Positions 1 to 9,589 are shown, counted from the first letter of the stretch. The stretch: DNA of 64,000 nucleotides from an uncultured Eubacteriales bacterium (GCA_964500965.1 CAZCQZ010000001.1:58168-122167); one strand, 5' to 3'. The notes: generated from the sequence alone by a model not told the origin. Made by a program: numbers and translations.

Positions 1-420
1 AAATAGCTTTTCACGGACGACCAGTCGCGGCTCTTTCGAGGAATATTTGTCGTTTACAACCGTATCGTGAAGATTGATTTTGTGCTTTGTGATTTTGTTT
101 ACCAGCGTCAAACGGTACGAAGCCTGGGTACGACCGTAGTACACACGTTCGCAAATTATCGCACCGGTCATGATTTCGTTAATAAATGTGCCGATAATTT
201 CAAGCTCGGAATGAAGCTTTGAAGCGTGAATATCAAATTCATCGCACACGTCGGCGTAATTTACGCATATCAAATCGCTGAAAATCTGTATCGAGAGTGT
301 GTTTGACGCATTTGATGTCAAGATTATGCAGTTGTCCTTTACAATACGCTTAAAATGCCTGTTTACGCTCGATGAAATAAATTCGCAAAGATGCTTTTCA
401 ATTGTGAACAAGTTTGACAT
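1..420 (-). CDS. hypothetical protein, N-terminal 140 codons; the gene continues past the window start
   Basis: Own minus-strand translation. ATG at 420-418 is preceded by AGGCGGTG and the frame is open to position 1 (MSNLFTIEKHLCEFISS...VVREKLF). It is absent from the ORF track because there is no stop in the window. No family recognised. Confidence 0.45.
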   Translation of the reverse strand, partial: MSNLFTIEKHLCEFISSSVNRHFKRIVKDNCIILTSNASNTLSIQIFSDLICVNYADVCDEFDIHASKLHSELEIIGTFINEIMTGAIICERVYYGRTQASYRLTLVNKITKHKINLHDTVVNDKYSSKEPRLVVREKLF

Positions 421-586
421 ATGTACACCGCCTGTTGATTTTTTCCGAGAGCACATTAAAAATTGCCCTCACCTATATACACAATTTAGAAGGGCAAAAT
501 GTGACACGATTTTACGAAAAAATTTGTAAATTTTCTGTAAACAAACAGATTTATTCATATATTTATGCATATTTTCATATATTTTC

Positions 587-627
587 AAAAAGAGCCGTAA
601 AAAGCGTTGCTTTTTACGGCTCTTTTT
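587..627 (-). terminator. intrinsic terminator hairpin downstream of the 731..1063 gene
   Basis: AAAAAGAGCCGTAAAAAGC-gtt-GCTTTTTACGGCTCTTTTT: a perfect 19-bp stem with A/T tracts on both sides. Confidence 0.6.
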
Positions 628-730
628 GAAAAATCTCAGCATAAACCTGAGAAGATTGCGCTATTCGATGCAAGAAGCATAGAGTGACAAGCAAAATCAA
701 ACAAAACAATTCCGGTGTTGCCGAAAAGTA

Positions 731-1063
731 TCACGCGGCTTTTGATGCTACACCGACGTGCTTTACCGCATTTTCCGTTTTACAGGTCATTCTGCGGCGG
801 ACTGCTCTTTTTCTGCGCACTGCGGCGCCTTCGCGAATGAGCTGTGCACGGTAAACCGCGAGCAGAGCAACACACAACCCGACTTCTGCCAAGGTCATTG
901 CTACAAGCAGAAAATTCCCGAACGTCTGTACTGAAAAAAGCATGAACACTCCCACCAGCAGGCACATTTTGAATATTTTTTCCGAGATTCTGCCCCTTAC
1001 CCTGTAATTATGCCTTAACAACAAAGCGGAAGCTATAACAAATAAACCGATAACAATATTCAT
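731..1063 (-). CDS. small membrane protein, hypothetical
   Basis: 110-aa ORF. GAGGAG RBS 8 nt upstream of the ATG. Three hydrophobic segments and a basic C-terminal tail. Confidence 0.5.
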   Translation of the reverse strand: MNIVIGLFVIASALLLRHNYRVRGRISEKIFKMCLLVGVFMLFSVQTFGNFLLVAMTLAEVGLCVALLAVYRAQLIREGAAVRRKRAVRRRMTCKTENAVKHVGVASKAA

Positions 1064-1261
1064 ATCTTCATCTCCTCACAAGTAAGCAAGCGTTTGTTCG
1101 CCTTACATTTATGATTATAGCAGGTATTTTTCAAAAATCAATAGGTTTTTCAAAAAAATGTCCATTATTGGGTGATTTTTGTTGCTGCCTTTGCGGTTTT
1201 TTGTCCTTTTATTGGTACATTGGCGAACAAATTCGCGTAGTTTGTCGTTTTAACGTAAAAG

Positions 1262-1288
1262 CCGCCTTGAGTAATACACTCAAGGCGG
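1262..1288 (-). terminator. terminator hairpin after the HTH gene
   Basis: CCGCCTTGAG-7 nt-CTCAAGGCGG, followed on the minus strand by CTTTTAC. Confidence 0.5.
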
Positions 1289-1309
1289 TTGCAAATAAGT
1301 TGAATTATA

Positions 1310-1540
1310 TTATTCTTCTTCCGTTTCGTCATCGTCCCCTGCTTCATACTCAAGAATGTCGCCGGGCTGACACTCCAGCACTCTGCATATGGAATTCAGA
1401 GTTGAAAAACGTATTGCTTTTGCACGGTTGTTCTTTAAAATTGACAGATTAGAAAGGGTTATTCCCATACGTGACGCAAGCTCCGACGCGCTTATTTTGC
1501 GCTTTGCCATCATCACGTCCAAATTTACGATTATCGGCAC
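1310..1540 (-). CDS. XRE/Cro-type HTH transcriptional regulator (YozG-like)
   Basis: 76 aa. The HTH core ISASELASRMGITLSNLSILKNNRAKAIRFSTL is typical of the short YozG family. GTG start with a GGGAGGGTGAGG RBS, 15 nt after the upstream gene's stop. Confidence 0.8.
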   Translation of the reverse strand: MPIIVNLDVMMAKRKISASELASRMGITLSNLSILKNNRAKAIRFSTLNSICRVLECQPGDILEYEAGDDDETEEE

Positions 1541-1555
1541 TTACCTCACCCTCCC

Positions 1556-2023
1556 TTATATTGTCAGCTCGTTTTCTTCTTTTAATCTCATTGCCGTTGC
1601 AAAAAGGTCGGCAAAAACCATTGACACAACCGCCAGTACAATGAACACAACGAATATAACAATCGGGTATATGGAATTCATTGTAAAAATGGGATAAATG
1701 AAAATTATCGCAAGCAGGAGCCCCGAAAGGCTTATCAGACGTAAATAAAGCACATTTTGCCTGCAAAACGCTTTGCCTTTTGCTATGTTAATCATCATCA
1801 GCAGTGACAGCGTAAGCATTGCCAGCACAGGTACCCCTGCCGCATAAAGCACAGGCATTATCGAATCAATTATTTCCTGCCGTACCGCCACGTCCGCTCC
1901 TTTTACATACACATTTACAACCTGCGGCAGCATTATATAAACCGCAACTCCCACAACGAGTGTTATTACCAGTATTATCATCGCGGCTACACTGCCTGCC
2001 GCCATTCTCTTTTCACTTTTCAC
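1556..2023 (-). CDS. DUF2975-type membrane protein
   Basis: 155 aa with four TM segments and the family-typical C-terminal ...LKEENELTI. GTG start with a GGGAGGT RBS. The pairing with a YozG-like HTH is the classic arrangement. Confidence 0.7.
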   Translation of the reverse strand: MKSEKRMAAGSVAAMIILVITLVVGVAVYIMLPQVVNVYVKGADVAVRQEIIDSIMPVLYAAGVPVLAMLTLSLLMMINIAKGKAFCRQNVLYLRLISLSGLLLAIIFIYPIFTMNSIYPIVIFVVFIVLAVVSMVFADLFATAMRLKEENELTI

Positions 2024-2106
2024 CAGTCATACCTCCCTGCTCTTATTGCACTTAGATTTATTTAATGATAACACAACCAGATTTTGTGTCAAGATAATTA
2101 TTTCAC

Positions 2107-3567
2107 TTAATTTTTCCAAATTCGGCTTTTGTCTTCTCCGTTCAGGATAATATCCGCAGTTTCCATGGCAGTCAGCATAGAATCGTCCATGTTGTTGTAG
2201 CGATGTTGACCGTTGCGACCTATGGTGTAAAGATTATCAACGCCATTGACAAAGGTACGGATTTCTTCGATTTTTCCATACCCTCCGTCATAAGACGGAT
2301 AGGCCTTTTTCATTCTTTCGCAGTGACAAAACAGCACATCACTTTTGTCGATAACTTTCATCTTTGCCAATTCGGAAACCGCCAGGGCACATATCTCATT
2401 GTCATCACTTGCCCACAGGCTGTCCTCCTCAGAGCAAAAATATTCAGTGCCGATAAACGCGCTTTCTCCCGGCTTTTTGACCATATAAGGCGACCAATTG
2501 TTAAATATCTGCATTCTTCCCATTTTGACATTCGGCTCTTGCACATAAATCCAGCAGTCGTCCGCCGTTTTATCCTTTGATTTGCCTTTCAGCTTCATGC
2601 GCTTCACAGCAACCCCAACCGTTACAAAATCGCGAAATCGCAGGTCTTTTGCAATATTCCGCACTTTTTGGGGCGCATTGTCGATAACTTTCACAAGCGT
2701 CGCAAGGGGCATTGACGAAATCAGCAGGTCGGCAGGATATTCCGTTTCTCCCGATTTCACCGATATTACGCGGTTATTGCGTGTTGTAATGCCGCCAACA
2801 CAGGCATTCAAAATAACCTTTCCGCCCAGCCTTTCAACTTCTTTCGCGGTCAGCTCCCACATCTGCCCCGGACCCAGCTTAGGATAAAGAAAGCTTTTAA
2901 TAAGCGATTTTTCATCGGAGTTACCTGTAAGCATGTCCTTTACCACTTGCCATGCGGAAAGTCCGCTGACCCTCTGCTCTCCCCAATCCGGGGACATTTT
3001 TGACGGGTGCGTTCCCCATACCTTTTCGGTATAGCTTTCAAAAAAGGTGCGGTAAAGTCTCTTTCCGAATCGGTTGATATAAAAATCCTCAAGGGTGTTT
3101 TCTCTGCGTTTCCCGATTTGCGCCGCAAGGTACGAAAAGCCTGCCGGCACAGCCTCAATACCCATTGTCAAAATGGTTTTGATACTCACGGGATATTCGT
3201 AAAATCTGCCTTTGCGGTAGATTCTCGACACCCGTTTTCGATTCAGCAGTACCGTATCGGTCTTTTCCGGGTCTGCGCCGTTTTCCGCAAACGGCAAGGC
3301 ATTTCCCCTTAAAAGCTCATCAAACGCCGGAGCACCCTGGCACGGCATTATACTTTTCCAAAATTCAAGCACTCTTTCGGATTCTGTGTGAAATCTGTGA
3401 CCGCCTATATCCATTCGGTATCCGTTAATTTCTACGGTTTTTGAGATACCTCCTATGCTGTTTTCCGCCTCAAGCACGGTGACACTGTATCCATCACTGC
3501 GGCGCAAAAGCTCCAGTGCCGCAGTAAGTCCTGCCGGACCTGCGCCGATTATTACCGCTTTTTTCAC
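2107..3567 (-). CDS. NAD(P)/FAD-dependent oxidoreductase (amine-oxidase / UDP-galactopyranose-mutase-like fold)
   Basis: 486 aa. N-terminal dinucleotide motif VIIGAGPAGLTAALEL...LEA. C-terminal GRNGQHRY typical of this family. Confidence 0.75.
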   Translation of the reverse strand: MKKAVIIGAGPAGLTAALELLRRSDGYSVTVLEAENSIGGISKTVEINGYRMDIGGHRFHTESERVLEFWKSIMPCQGAPAFDELLRGNALPFAENGADPEKTDTVLLNRKRVSRIYRKGRFYEYPVSIKTILTMGIEAVPAGFSYLAAQIGKRRENTLEDFYINRFGKRLYRTFFESYTEKVWGTHPSKMSPDWGEQRVSGLSAWQVVKDMLTGNSDEKSLIKSFLYPKLGPGQMWELTAKEVERLGGKVILNACVGGITTRNNRVISVKSGETEYPADLLISSMPLATLVKVIDNAPQKVRNIAKDLRFRDFVTVGVAVKRMKLKGKSKDKTADDCWIYVQEPNVKMGRMQIFNNWSPYMVKKPGESAFIGTEYFCSEEDSLWASDDNEICALAVSELAKMKVIDKSDVLFCHCERMKKAYPSYDGGYGKIEEIRTFVNGVDNLYTIGRNGQHRYNNMDDSMLTAMETADIILNGEDKSRIWKN

Positions 3568-3642
3568 GCCGCTCGCCGTCCTTTCTCCGTCTTAAATCAG
3601 TATACCACAATATTCGCTCTTTGCATATCGGAATTTTGAATT

Positions 3643-3686
3643 AAAAAGTGGCTGTAAAAAGCGTAAGCTTTTTACAGCCACTTTTT
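3643..3686 (-). terminator. terminator hairpin after the yegP-like gene
   Basis: AAAAAGTGGCTGTAAAAAGC-gtaa-GCTTTTTACAGCCACTTTTT: a perfect 20-bp stem starting 3 nt after the stop codon. Confidence 0.65.
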
Positions 3687-3688
3687 AA

Positions 3689-4063
3689 TCAATTGATGCG
3701 AACTATTTTTGCTTCGGGAGCGTTGTTCTTGATGCTTGCTATGCCTTTAAGACAGCTTGCTTTTGAACGATAGCTCTCACCGGTAACAATTATCTGACCG
3801 TTGGTTGCCTTTAATCTGAATCTTGTTTCCCCTGCTTTATCTGTATAAACCTCGTACTTTGGGTGGGCAAGCTTTTCAAAATTCGCAACCGTCTGGTCTT
3901 CAACCGCCGCCTGAGAATTTTTTCTTACACTTTCAATGCCTTTTTCGCAGGCATCAAGAGTGGCGTAGCTTTCGCTTGTGGCGATTATCTGACCGTTACC
4001 CGCTTTCAGATTGAACATATAGCCGCCTTTTGCCGTTTCTTTAATTTCAAATTTTCCTGCCAT
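3689..4063 (-). CDS. YegP/DUF1508 family protein (tandem repeat)
   Basis: Two copies of the GxxxFxLKAxNGQIIxTSESY module (FNLKAGNGQIIATSESY and FRLKATNGQIIVTGESY). Start moved to MAGKFEI (ATG 4063) behind AGGAGGAAG. The track ORF starts at 4084. Confidence 0.85.
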   Translation of the reverse strand: MAGKFEIKETAKGGYMFNLKAGNGQIIATSESYATLDACEKGIESVRKNSQAAVEDQTVANFEKLAHPKYEVYTDKAGETRFRLKATNGQIIVTGESYRSKASCLKGIASIKNNAPEAKIVRIN

Positions 4064-4182
4064 TATATCTTCCTCCTGTTTCACGCTGTTTGCGCTTGTA
4101 CGCGTCTATTGTATCACATTGTCAATATTAACGCAAGTTTTTACCGAAAAATGTAAATTTTCGGCACAATGACAAAAACGAA

Positions 4183-4389
4183 TTACAATATCACGTACAT
4201 AATTGCCAATAACAGTATCGGATTTGCACCGGATTCGGCAAGTATAACGGCTACAACCAGTAAAAGTATCAGCTCCGTGTCCGATGAGTCGATGCCGGGT
4301 TTTATCTTTCCTGTCGCTCTGTCGCAAAAATCGCCGTTTCTTTCAACTCTGCGCCGTGCCTCCTGCGTCAGCGCAAAAACGTCGCTCAC
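4183..4389 (-). CDS. small membrane-anchored protein, hypothetical
   Basis: 68 aa. GTG start overlaps the upstream TGA (GTGA). GGAGGAAAC RBS. The C-terminal half is hydrophobic (ELILLLVVAVILAESGANPILLLAIMYVIL). Confidence 0.5.
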   Translation of the reverse strand: MSDVFALTQEARRRVERNGDFCDRATGKIKPGIDSSDTELILLLVVAVILAESGANPILLLAIMYVIL

Positions 4390-4658
4390 TTTTCGTTTCC
4401 TCCGAGAAATTGTCCCAAAAGCGGCAGCACCTTTGTTATTTTCAGCAATGACCTCGCCATATCGAGCTTTTCCTTTCTAACGTCACTCATGTACGGTGCA
4501 AGTGCCTTTAGAAGTCTTTCTTCATCACTTTCCCTGTTTACCGTTTCAAGCAGCGGCATCACCTTTAACAGCACATCGAGAATTTCGCCGTTTTCTTCGC
4601 CGTCTTTTTTCTCACCATTGTCTGAAAGTGCACCGAGAATTTCGTCCAGCTCCGCCAC
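4386..4658 (-). CDS. small acidic helical protein, hypothetical
   Basis: 90 aa. GTG start behind GGGGGGAG. 11 nt after the upstream gene's stop. Confidence 0.55.
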   Translation of the reverse strand: MAELDEILGALSDNGEKKDGEENGEILDVLLKVMPLLETVNRESDEERLLKALAPYMSDVRKEKLDMARSLLKITKVLPLLGQFLGGNEK

Positions 4659-4669
4659 TTTTCTCCCCC

Positions 4670-4903
4670 CTACTTTTTCCCTCTGTTTCCCAATTCTTCC
4701 ATCATCTGCCTTGCCTGCGGTGTTGCCAGAATCTTCGCCACGCTGTCTTTATCGCCCAGTATACTCATAAGCCTTTGTGCGTCCTGTTCGCTCATTTCCG
4801 AAAGCAGTCTTTTCAGCTTGGGATTTTTATTCAGCATTGCTCTTGTTTCCTCCGGGCTTTTTCCCACTGCCGCCGCAATTTTATTTATCATTTCATCAGT
4901 CAT
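4670..4903 (-). CDS. small basic helical protein, hypothetical
   Basis: 77 aa. ATG behind GGGAGGT with a 7-nt spacer. First gene of a three-gene unit. Confidence 0.6.
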   Translation of the reverse strand: MTDEMINKIAAAVGKSPEETRAMLNKNPKLKRLLSEMSEQDAQRLMSILGDKDSVAKILATPQARQMMEELGNRGKK

Positions 4904-4989
4904 TTCCCATACCTCCCGAATTATTTTGTATTGTATTCCAGTATATGAATGATATAATGAATATATGATAAATAAGGAGCTGTTTCCCT

Positions 4990-5460
4990 ATGAAAATACT
5001 TGTTGTTTCAGATTCTCACGGCAGTACCGACACACTTCGCGACGTACTGATAAGATATTCGGCACGTGCCGACATGATTATTCATCTCGGTGACGGAGAA
5101 AAAGATTACAACGACCTGATTAAGCTCAACCCCGTTGAAACATACTTCGTCCGCGGCAACTGCGATTTTGCTTCCTCCGCTCCGGACACGCGGCTTATTG
5201 AGGCAAACGGAAAAAGAATATTTATGACCCACGGTTATTGCTACTCCGTCAAGCACGGACTTTCCTCCCTCAAAAGCGCGGCTCGTTCGCAAAAGGCGGA
5301 TATTGTTCTGTTTGGGCACACTCATGACGCTCTTTCCGAATACGAGGACGGACTTTACATAATCAATCCCGGTGCTCTTTGCCGCCATTGCTTTCACCCC
5401 TCTTTCGCTCTCATCGACATTGTAAGTTCGGGAATCATGCCAAACATTGTTTATCTTTGA
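4990..5460 (+). CDS. YfcE/MJ0936-family metallophosphoesterase
   Basis: 156 aa with the motif series VVSDSHG ... GDGE ... GNCD ... THG ... GHTH. Confidence 0.85.
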   Translation: MKILVVSDSHGSTDTLRDVLIRYSARADMIIHLGDGEKDYNDLIKLNPVETYFVRGNCDFASSAPDTRLIEANGKRIFMTHGYCYSVKHGLSSLKSAARSQKADIVLFGHTHDALSEYEDGLYIINPGALCRHCFHPSFALIDIVSSGIMPNIVYL

Positions 5461-5559
5461 GTTTTTCGCTTTTTTGTTCATTTCCTATTTACTTTTAGTT
5501 CATCAAGTGGTAAAATATTATTGATTAAAGTTGAACGATTATGATTTGGAGGTGCCCTC

Positions 5560-6264
5560 ATGCTTGTCAAATGCTTTCCTGTTCCGAACGAACGGACACC
5601 TAAAAAGGTGGAAGTCACTCTGGGGCGTGTTTCCGAGCACAGAAAGAACACCGTCAGACTCAACGTGCGCATAGCCGGTTCATTGTGCGAAGATTCAGAA
5701 AATCCTCCCGTTGAAGAAGCTGTATCCGATCCGATTCAGGACGACAATCTTTCGGGAATCATTCCCGTTTCTCAGCTTTCTTCTCAGGAAAATGCCGAAA
5801 CAGAGGACATTGCCGAAATCGAGGACGTATTTGAAAGCTACGACGACTGTTCCGAATGCTGTGATGCGGAGGACAACGTTTCCGATGAGGATTTGTGCTT
5901 CCGGGAGCTTTCCGCTTCCGACATTCATGCGGATTTTGAAGCACTTGAAAACGATTTGCGCAAGCTTGAAGATGATTTGCGCAGTCAGCTCGGTGACGAT
6001 GAGCCGACAGAAACATTCGCCGAGCTGCCGACACATGACGAAGGCATTGTCAGACGGCATTTTGTGCGTGATGACACCGGTGAGCTTTATGAATCCGACA
6101 GCGCAAACGCGGAGGGTCATGAGGTTGCCTGCTACGATAACTCCGGCAGACTTACCCGTGCCTGCGGCATTATCCGCAAGGGTCAGCCCCTTTTCAAATC
6201 ACCCGATGACGATGATATATACAACCGTGCGGTTTCGGATATGTTTTCCGACGGCAACGATTAA
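5560..6264 (+). CDS. highly acidic low-complexity protein, hypothetical
   Basis: 234 aa. ATG behind GGAGGTG. Long D/E-rich stretches with scattered Cys (CSECCDAED). No family recognised. Confidence 0.6.
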   Translation: MLVKCFPVPNERTPKKVEVTLGRVSEHRKNTVRLNVRIAGSLCEDSENPPVEEAVSDPIQDDNLSGIIPVSQLSSQENAETEDIAEIEDVFESYDDCSECCDAEDNVSDEDLCFRELSASDIHADFEALENDLRKLEDDLRSQLGDDEPTETFAELPTHDEGIVRRHFVRDDTGELYESDSANAEGHEVACYDNSGRLTRACGIIRKGQPLFKSPDDDDIYNRAVSDMFSDGND

Positions 6265-6357
6265 GCTGTTTTTATTGTGTTTTTTTGTTGTGGTTATTGT
6301 ATTCGACAGGCAAATATGTTAAATTTATAATGTACTTATTTTACGGAGGTCGTGCCT

Positions 6358-6672
6358 GTGTTCAGACTTACTACTACAAAATACCTGGTGCTGGGGATAC
6401 TTGATTTTGCGGTCATCGGCATAGTTATCTACGGACTTACCGACTGGGTTTATGACGGTTATCCTGCATGGGTTCCATATGCGATTATGGCTTTCTTCCT
6501 GATTATGGCAACCTCAAGGTTTTACAAATTCTCCTCAACTCTGAAAAAGAGTGAGGCACTGGATTCCCACAACATCGAATCGCTTTTTTCCGAAAACAAC
6601 AGCGATAAACGCAATGACGATTCGGGTAACGAAAACGGCTTTCGCAAACGCAAAAGCCGCAATGATGTTTAA
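6358..6672 (+). CDS. small membrane protein, hypothetical
   Basis: Two TM segments followed by a charged tail. The second GTG (6358) sits 7 nt from GGAGGT. The track start at 6352 is only 1 nt from the RBS. Confidence 0.5.
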   Translation: MFRLTTTKYLVLGILDFAVIGIVIYGLTDWVYDGYPAWVPYAIMAFFLIMATSRFYKFSSTLKKSEALDSHNIESLFSENNSDKRNDDSGNENGFRKRKSRNDV

Positions 6673-6705
6673 TGACTTTTTTTCAATTTCCAACTCCTTT
6701 CAGCA

Positions 6706-6741
6706 AGAATCGGGAAATTCCAAATGGAATTTCCCGATTCT
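6706..6741. terminator. bidirectional terminator hairpin between convergent genes
   Basis: AGAATCGGGAAATTCC-aaat-GGAATTTCCCGATTCT: a perfect 16-bp stem. Confidence 0.6.
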
Positions 6742-6792
6742 CATTATTTCTTATACTATTTGATAAACCGAACATCTTATTAAACAGCGGCA

Positions 6793-8109
6793 TTAGCCGT
6801 TATTCGCAGAACGGCGGTAATACACCTTAACTTTTACCGGAGCCTTTGCTTTGCTTTCCACGACAACCTTTTTCGGTTCTGCCGCTGTTTTCTCCGGTTC
6901 GTCTTCATATTCCAGAAAGGAAGCTCTGCCTATCTGCATTGCGGTTGATGCTCCGATACTGTCACCGACATACGCGGTTGTGCAATTTACGGTTTTTGCA
7001 AAGCTTTCGGCATGTGTCGTTTCATTTTCCGAATATGCAGGGGATTTTGATTCGACTTCCGAAACTTCAAAGGGACTGTAATCGTCCTGCGCGCTGAATC
7101 CGATTTTCTGTTCGGGAACGCCCATTGCCGCGCGCTTTTCCTCACGGCTGACTTCCTCCGCCGGTTCATCGTCACTTACTTCTTCGTTATATTCAAAGGA
7201 GGCGGATTCATTCAAAAGTCTGTTTGCTTCACCGATTGAGCTTTTGGTTGAATCAAATGGAGAGGGATTTGCCTTTCTTACGTCAACAGTTCCGCTTTCC
7301 TTGACCGCCTTTGATGTGTCGGCAAGAAACTTTGCACTATACGGTCCCAGCACCGGAACAGAATAGCCCTTGCCGCCTGCATAGTCAACCTCACCTGCTC
7401 TCATTGAAAGCAGACGTTCAACTTCGGTGTTTATATCTGTTGCGCCTGCGCCGGGCTGAAGCCCGTTATCGTGCTTGACAGCTACGAGCTTATGCACTGC
7501 GCCGGTTAAAGTCGCATCAATTCTGTCAAGACGGTCCTGCAAATCGTCCATCGCATTGTTAAGCTCTATTCTCACCGCAGACATGCTTGCGCGGATATTT
7601 GCAACTTCTTTTGCGGCATCGCCGGCAATACCTGTTACCTGTTCCTGATTATCCACAGCACGCTGAAAAAGCCTGTCGGTTGCGCGCTTGGTAACGGACA
7701 TGATGGAAGATACCGAATTCTGAAGCTCGGAAAACTCCCTTTCGCGCATTGCATACTCACGGTCACGAACACGAAGCTGTTCGCAGGTGTTTTGCAGAGT
7801 GTTGCGCTCCGCATTGCCTGCTTCAATGGTCATTCGCAGATTATCAGACGTTGACTGTGCAATTTGCAGATTCTGTTCAAGCTGCACAATCTGCGCGCTC
7901 ATAGAGGTTACAGAGCCCGAAAGCCTGTCACGTTCACTGACTGCGGCGGTTTTTTCACCTGTCAAGGTATCAATCTGAGAGCGCATATTTTCCTGATTGC
8001 GCATCATCATATCGACCTGATTGAGCAAATTAAGCATTTCATCGTCAACAGCGGAACGCTTATAGCCCAGCAAAGCCTTTTTGAAATGTTTTCCCTGTGC
8101 ATATTCCAT
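6793..8109 (-). CDS. DivIVA-domain coiled-coil protein
   Basis: N-terminus MEYAQGKHFKKALLGYKRSAVDDEM matches the DivIVA signature (F..a.rGY....VD). A long heptad-rich central region follows, then an acidic region and a basic tail. Start moved to ATG 8109 behind AAGGGGG. The track ORF starts at 8190. Confidence 0.75.
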   Translation of the reverse strand: MEYAQGKHFKKALLGYKRSAVDDEMLNLLNQVDMMMRNQENMRSQIDTLTGEKTAAVSERDRLSGSVTSMSAQIVQLEQNLQIAQSTSDNLRMTIEAGNAERNTLQNTCEQLRVRDREYAMREREFSELQNSVSSIMSVTKRATDRLFQRAVDNQEQVTGIAGDAAKEVANIRASMSAVRIELNNAMDDLQDRLDRIDATLTGAVHKLVAVKHDNGLQPGAGATDINTEVERLLSMRAGEVDYAGGKGYSVPVLGPYSAKFLADTSKAVKESGTVDVRKANPSPFDSTKSSIGEANRLLNESASFEYNEEVSDDEPAEEVSREEKRAAMGVPEQKIGFSAQDDYSPFEVSEVESKSPAYSENETTHAESFAKTVNCTTAYVGDSIGASTAMQIGRASFLEYEDEPEKTAAEPKKVVVESKAKAPVKVKVYYRRSANNG

Positions 8110-8411
8110 AGAATCTGCCCCCTTTCTTATGACAAATATCGCCCCACCGGGATGCTGTATATAATTACACATTGTTATATCCAATTGCATTGTAACACAT
8201 TATGTTTATCAGCGCAATAGCAATTTCATAATTTGTTCAATATTTAATAAATTGTGAAGTTTTATTATGTTAACCTATCGAAATTGCACAAATTTGTCGT
8301 TTAGGCTGTTTATTTGAGGTCATCATGTGTAATTTTGGTGAAGTTTTAACAAGCAACGTTTTCGCAATTTTACAATTTTCTCGGATTGTTTTGATTTCGG
8401 AGAATAAAAAG

Positions 8412-8453
8412 AAACTCACAGGAGGATTTTTTGACGAATCCGCCTGTGAGTTT
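8412..8453 (-). terminator. ftsZ terminator
   Basis: AAACTCACAGG...CCTGTGAGTTT with an inner GGATT/AATCC pairing. On the minus strand it is followed by CTTTTTATTCTCC. Confidence 0.6.
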
Positions 8454-8467
8454 TATGTCAAATTTAA

Positions 8468-9589
8468 TTATTTGCCGGGATTGCGCTTGAAAAGGTTCAT
8501 CAGATTGATAAATTCTTCGTCCTCGGAGTCCTCATCGTCAAGCACAGTAGCTGTAGCCGATGATGCAGGTACATCTTCGACGACGGCAGTACCGGTACTC
8601 TCGGTCACTGCGGCAACAGACGGAGCAGAGCCGTCGGTAGAGAAGCCGGTTGCGATAACGGTTACTATCATCTCGTCATCGAGATTATCGTCCTGTGCAA
8701 AGCCCCATATAATGGTTGCATCGGGGTGAGCCGCCTTGGTTATCATTGTTGCTGCTATATCAATATCATCAAGGTCAATATCGCTGGAAGCGGTAAAGTT
8801 AATGATAACGCCGCGTGCGCCGTTAATAGATGTTTCAAGCAACGGGCTTGAAACTGCCGCGTGAGCGGAAAGAGAAGCCTTTTCCTTGCCTGCGGCACGT
8901 CCGATACCCATATGGGCATAGCCTGCGTCTTTCATAATAGTTGTAACATCTGCGAAGTCAAGGTTGACAACACCGGTGTGCATAATGAGGTCGGAAATGG
9001 ACTGAACGCCCTGACGAAGAACATCATCGGCAATGGAGAACGCGTTGATAAGCGTAATCTTCTGCTCGGATACCATTTTCAGCCTTTCGTTAGGTATAAT
9101 AACAAGAGAGTCAACGTGTTCACGCAGTGCGGCAATGCCGTTTTCAGCCTGCTCCATGCGGCGTCTTCCCTCAAAGGCAAAGGGCTTTGTTACAATACCG
9201 ATAGTAAGTATGCCCATTTCTTTTGCAATCTCCGCGATAACGGGTGCTGCACCTGTACCGGTGCCGCCGCCCATACCTGCTGTGATAAAGCACATATCGG
9301 TGCCTTTCAGCGCAGCTTCGATGTCTTCACGGCTTTCCTCTGCGGCTCTCTGCCCCTTTGAGGGGTCTGAGCCTGCGCCCTTACCGCGTGTAATCTTATC
9401 GCCAATCTGAATCTTGTGAGTAGCCTGAGAACTCATAAGAGCCTGCAAATCGGTGTTAACGGAGATGAACTCCACGCTGGTTACACCCATCTGCACCATG
9501 CGGTTTACTGCGTTTCCGCCGCCGCCGCCGACACCGATGACCTTGATTTGTACCAGTCTATCCATGTCGGTATCATAAGTAAATGACAT
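8468..9589 (-). CDS. ftsZ: cell division GTPase FtsZ
   Basis: [17 protein letters not shown], tubulin signature [13 protein letters not shown], and an acidic linker with a C-terminal peptide [13 protein letters not shown]. Confidence 0.97.
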   Translation of the reverse strand: MSFTYDTDMDRLVQIKVIGVGGGGGNAVNRMVQMGVTSVEFISVNTDLQALMSSQATHKIQIGDKITRGKGAGSDPSKGQRAAEESREDIEAALKGTDMCFITAGMGGGTGTGAAPVIAEIAKEMGILTIGIVTKPFAFEGRRRMEQAENGIAALREHVDSLVIIPNERLKMVSEQKITLINAFSIADDVLRQGVQSISDLIMHTGVVNLDFADVTTIMKDAGYAHMGIGRAAGKEKASLSAHAAVSSPLLETSINGARGVIINFTASSDIDLDDIDIAATMITKAAHPDATIIWGFAQDDNLDDEMIVTVIATGFSTDGSAPSVAAVTESTGTAVVEDVPASSATATVLDDEDSEDEEFINLMNLFKRNPGK

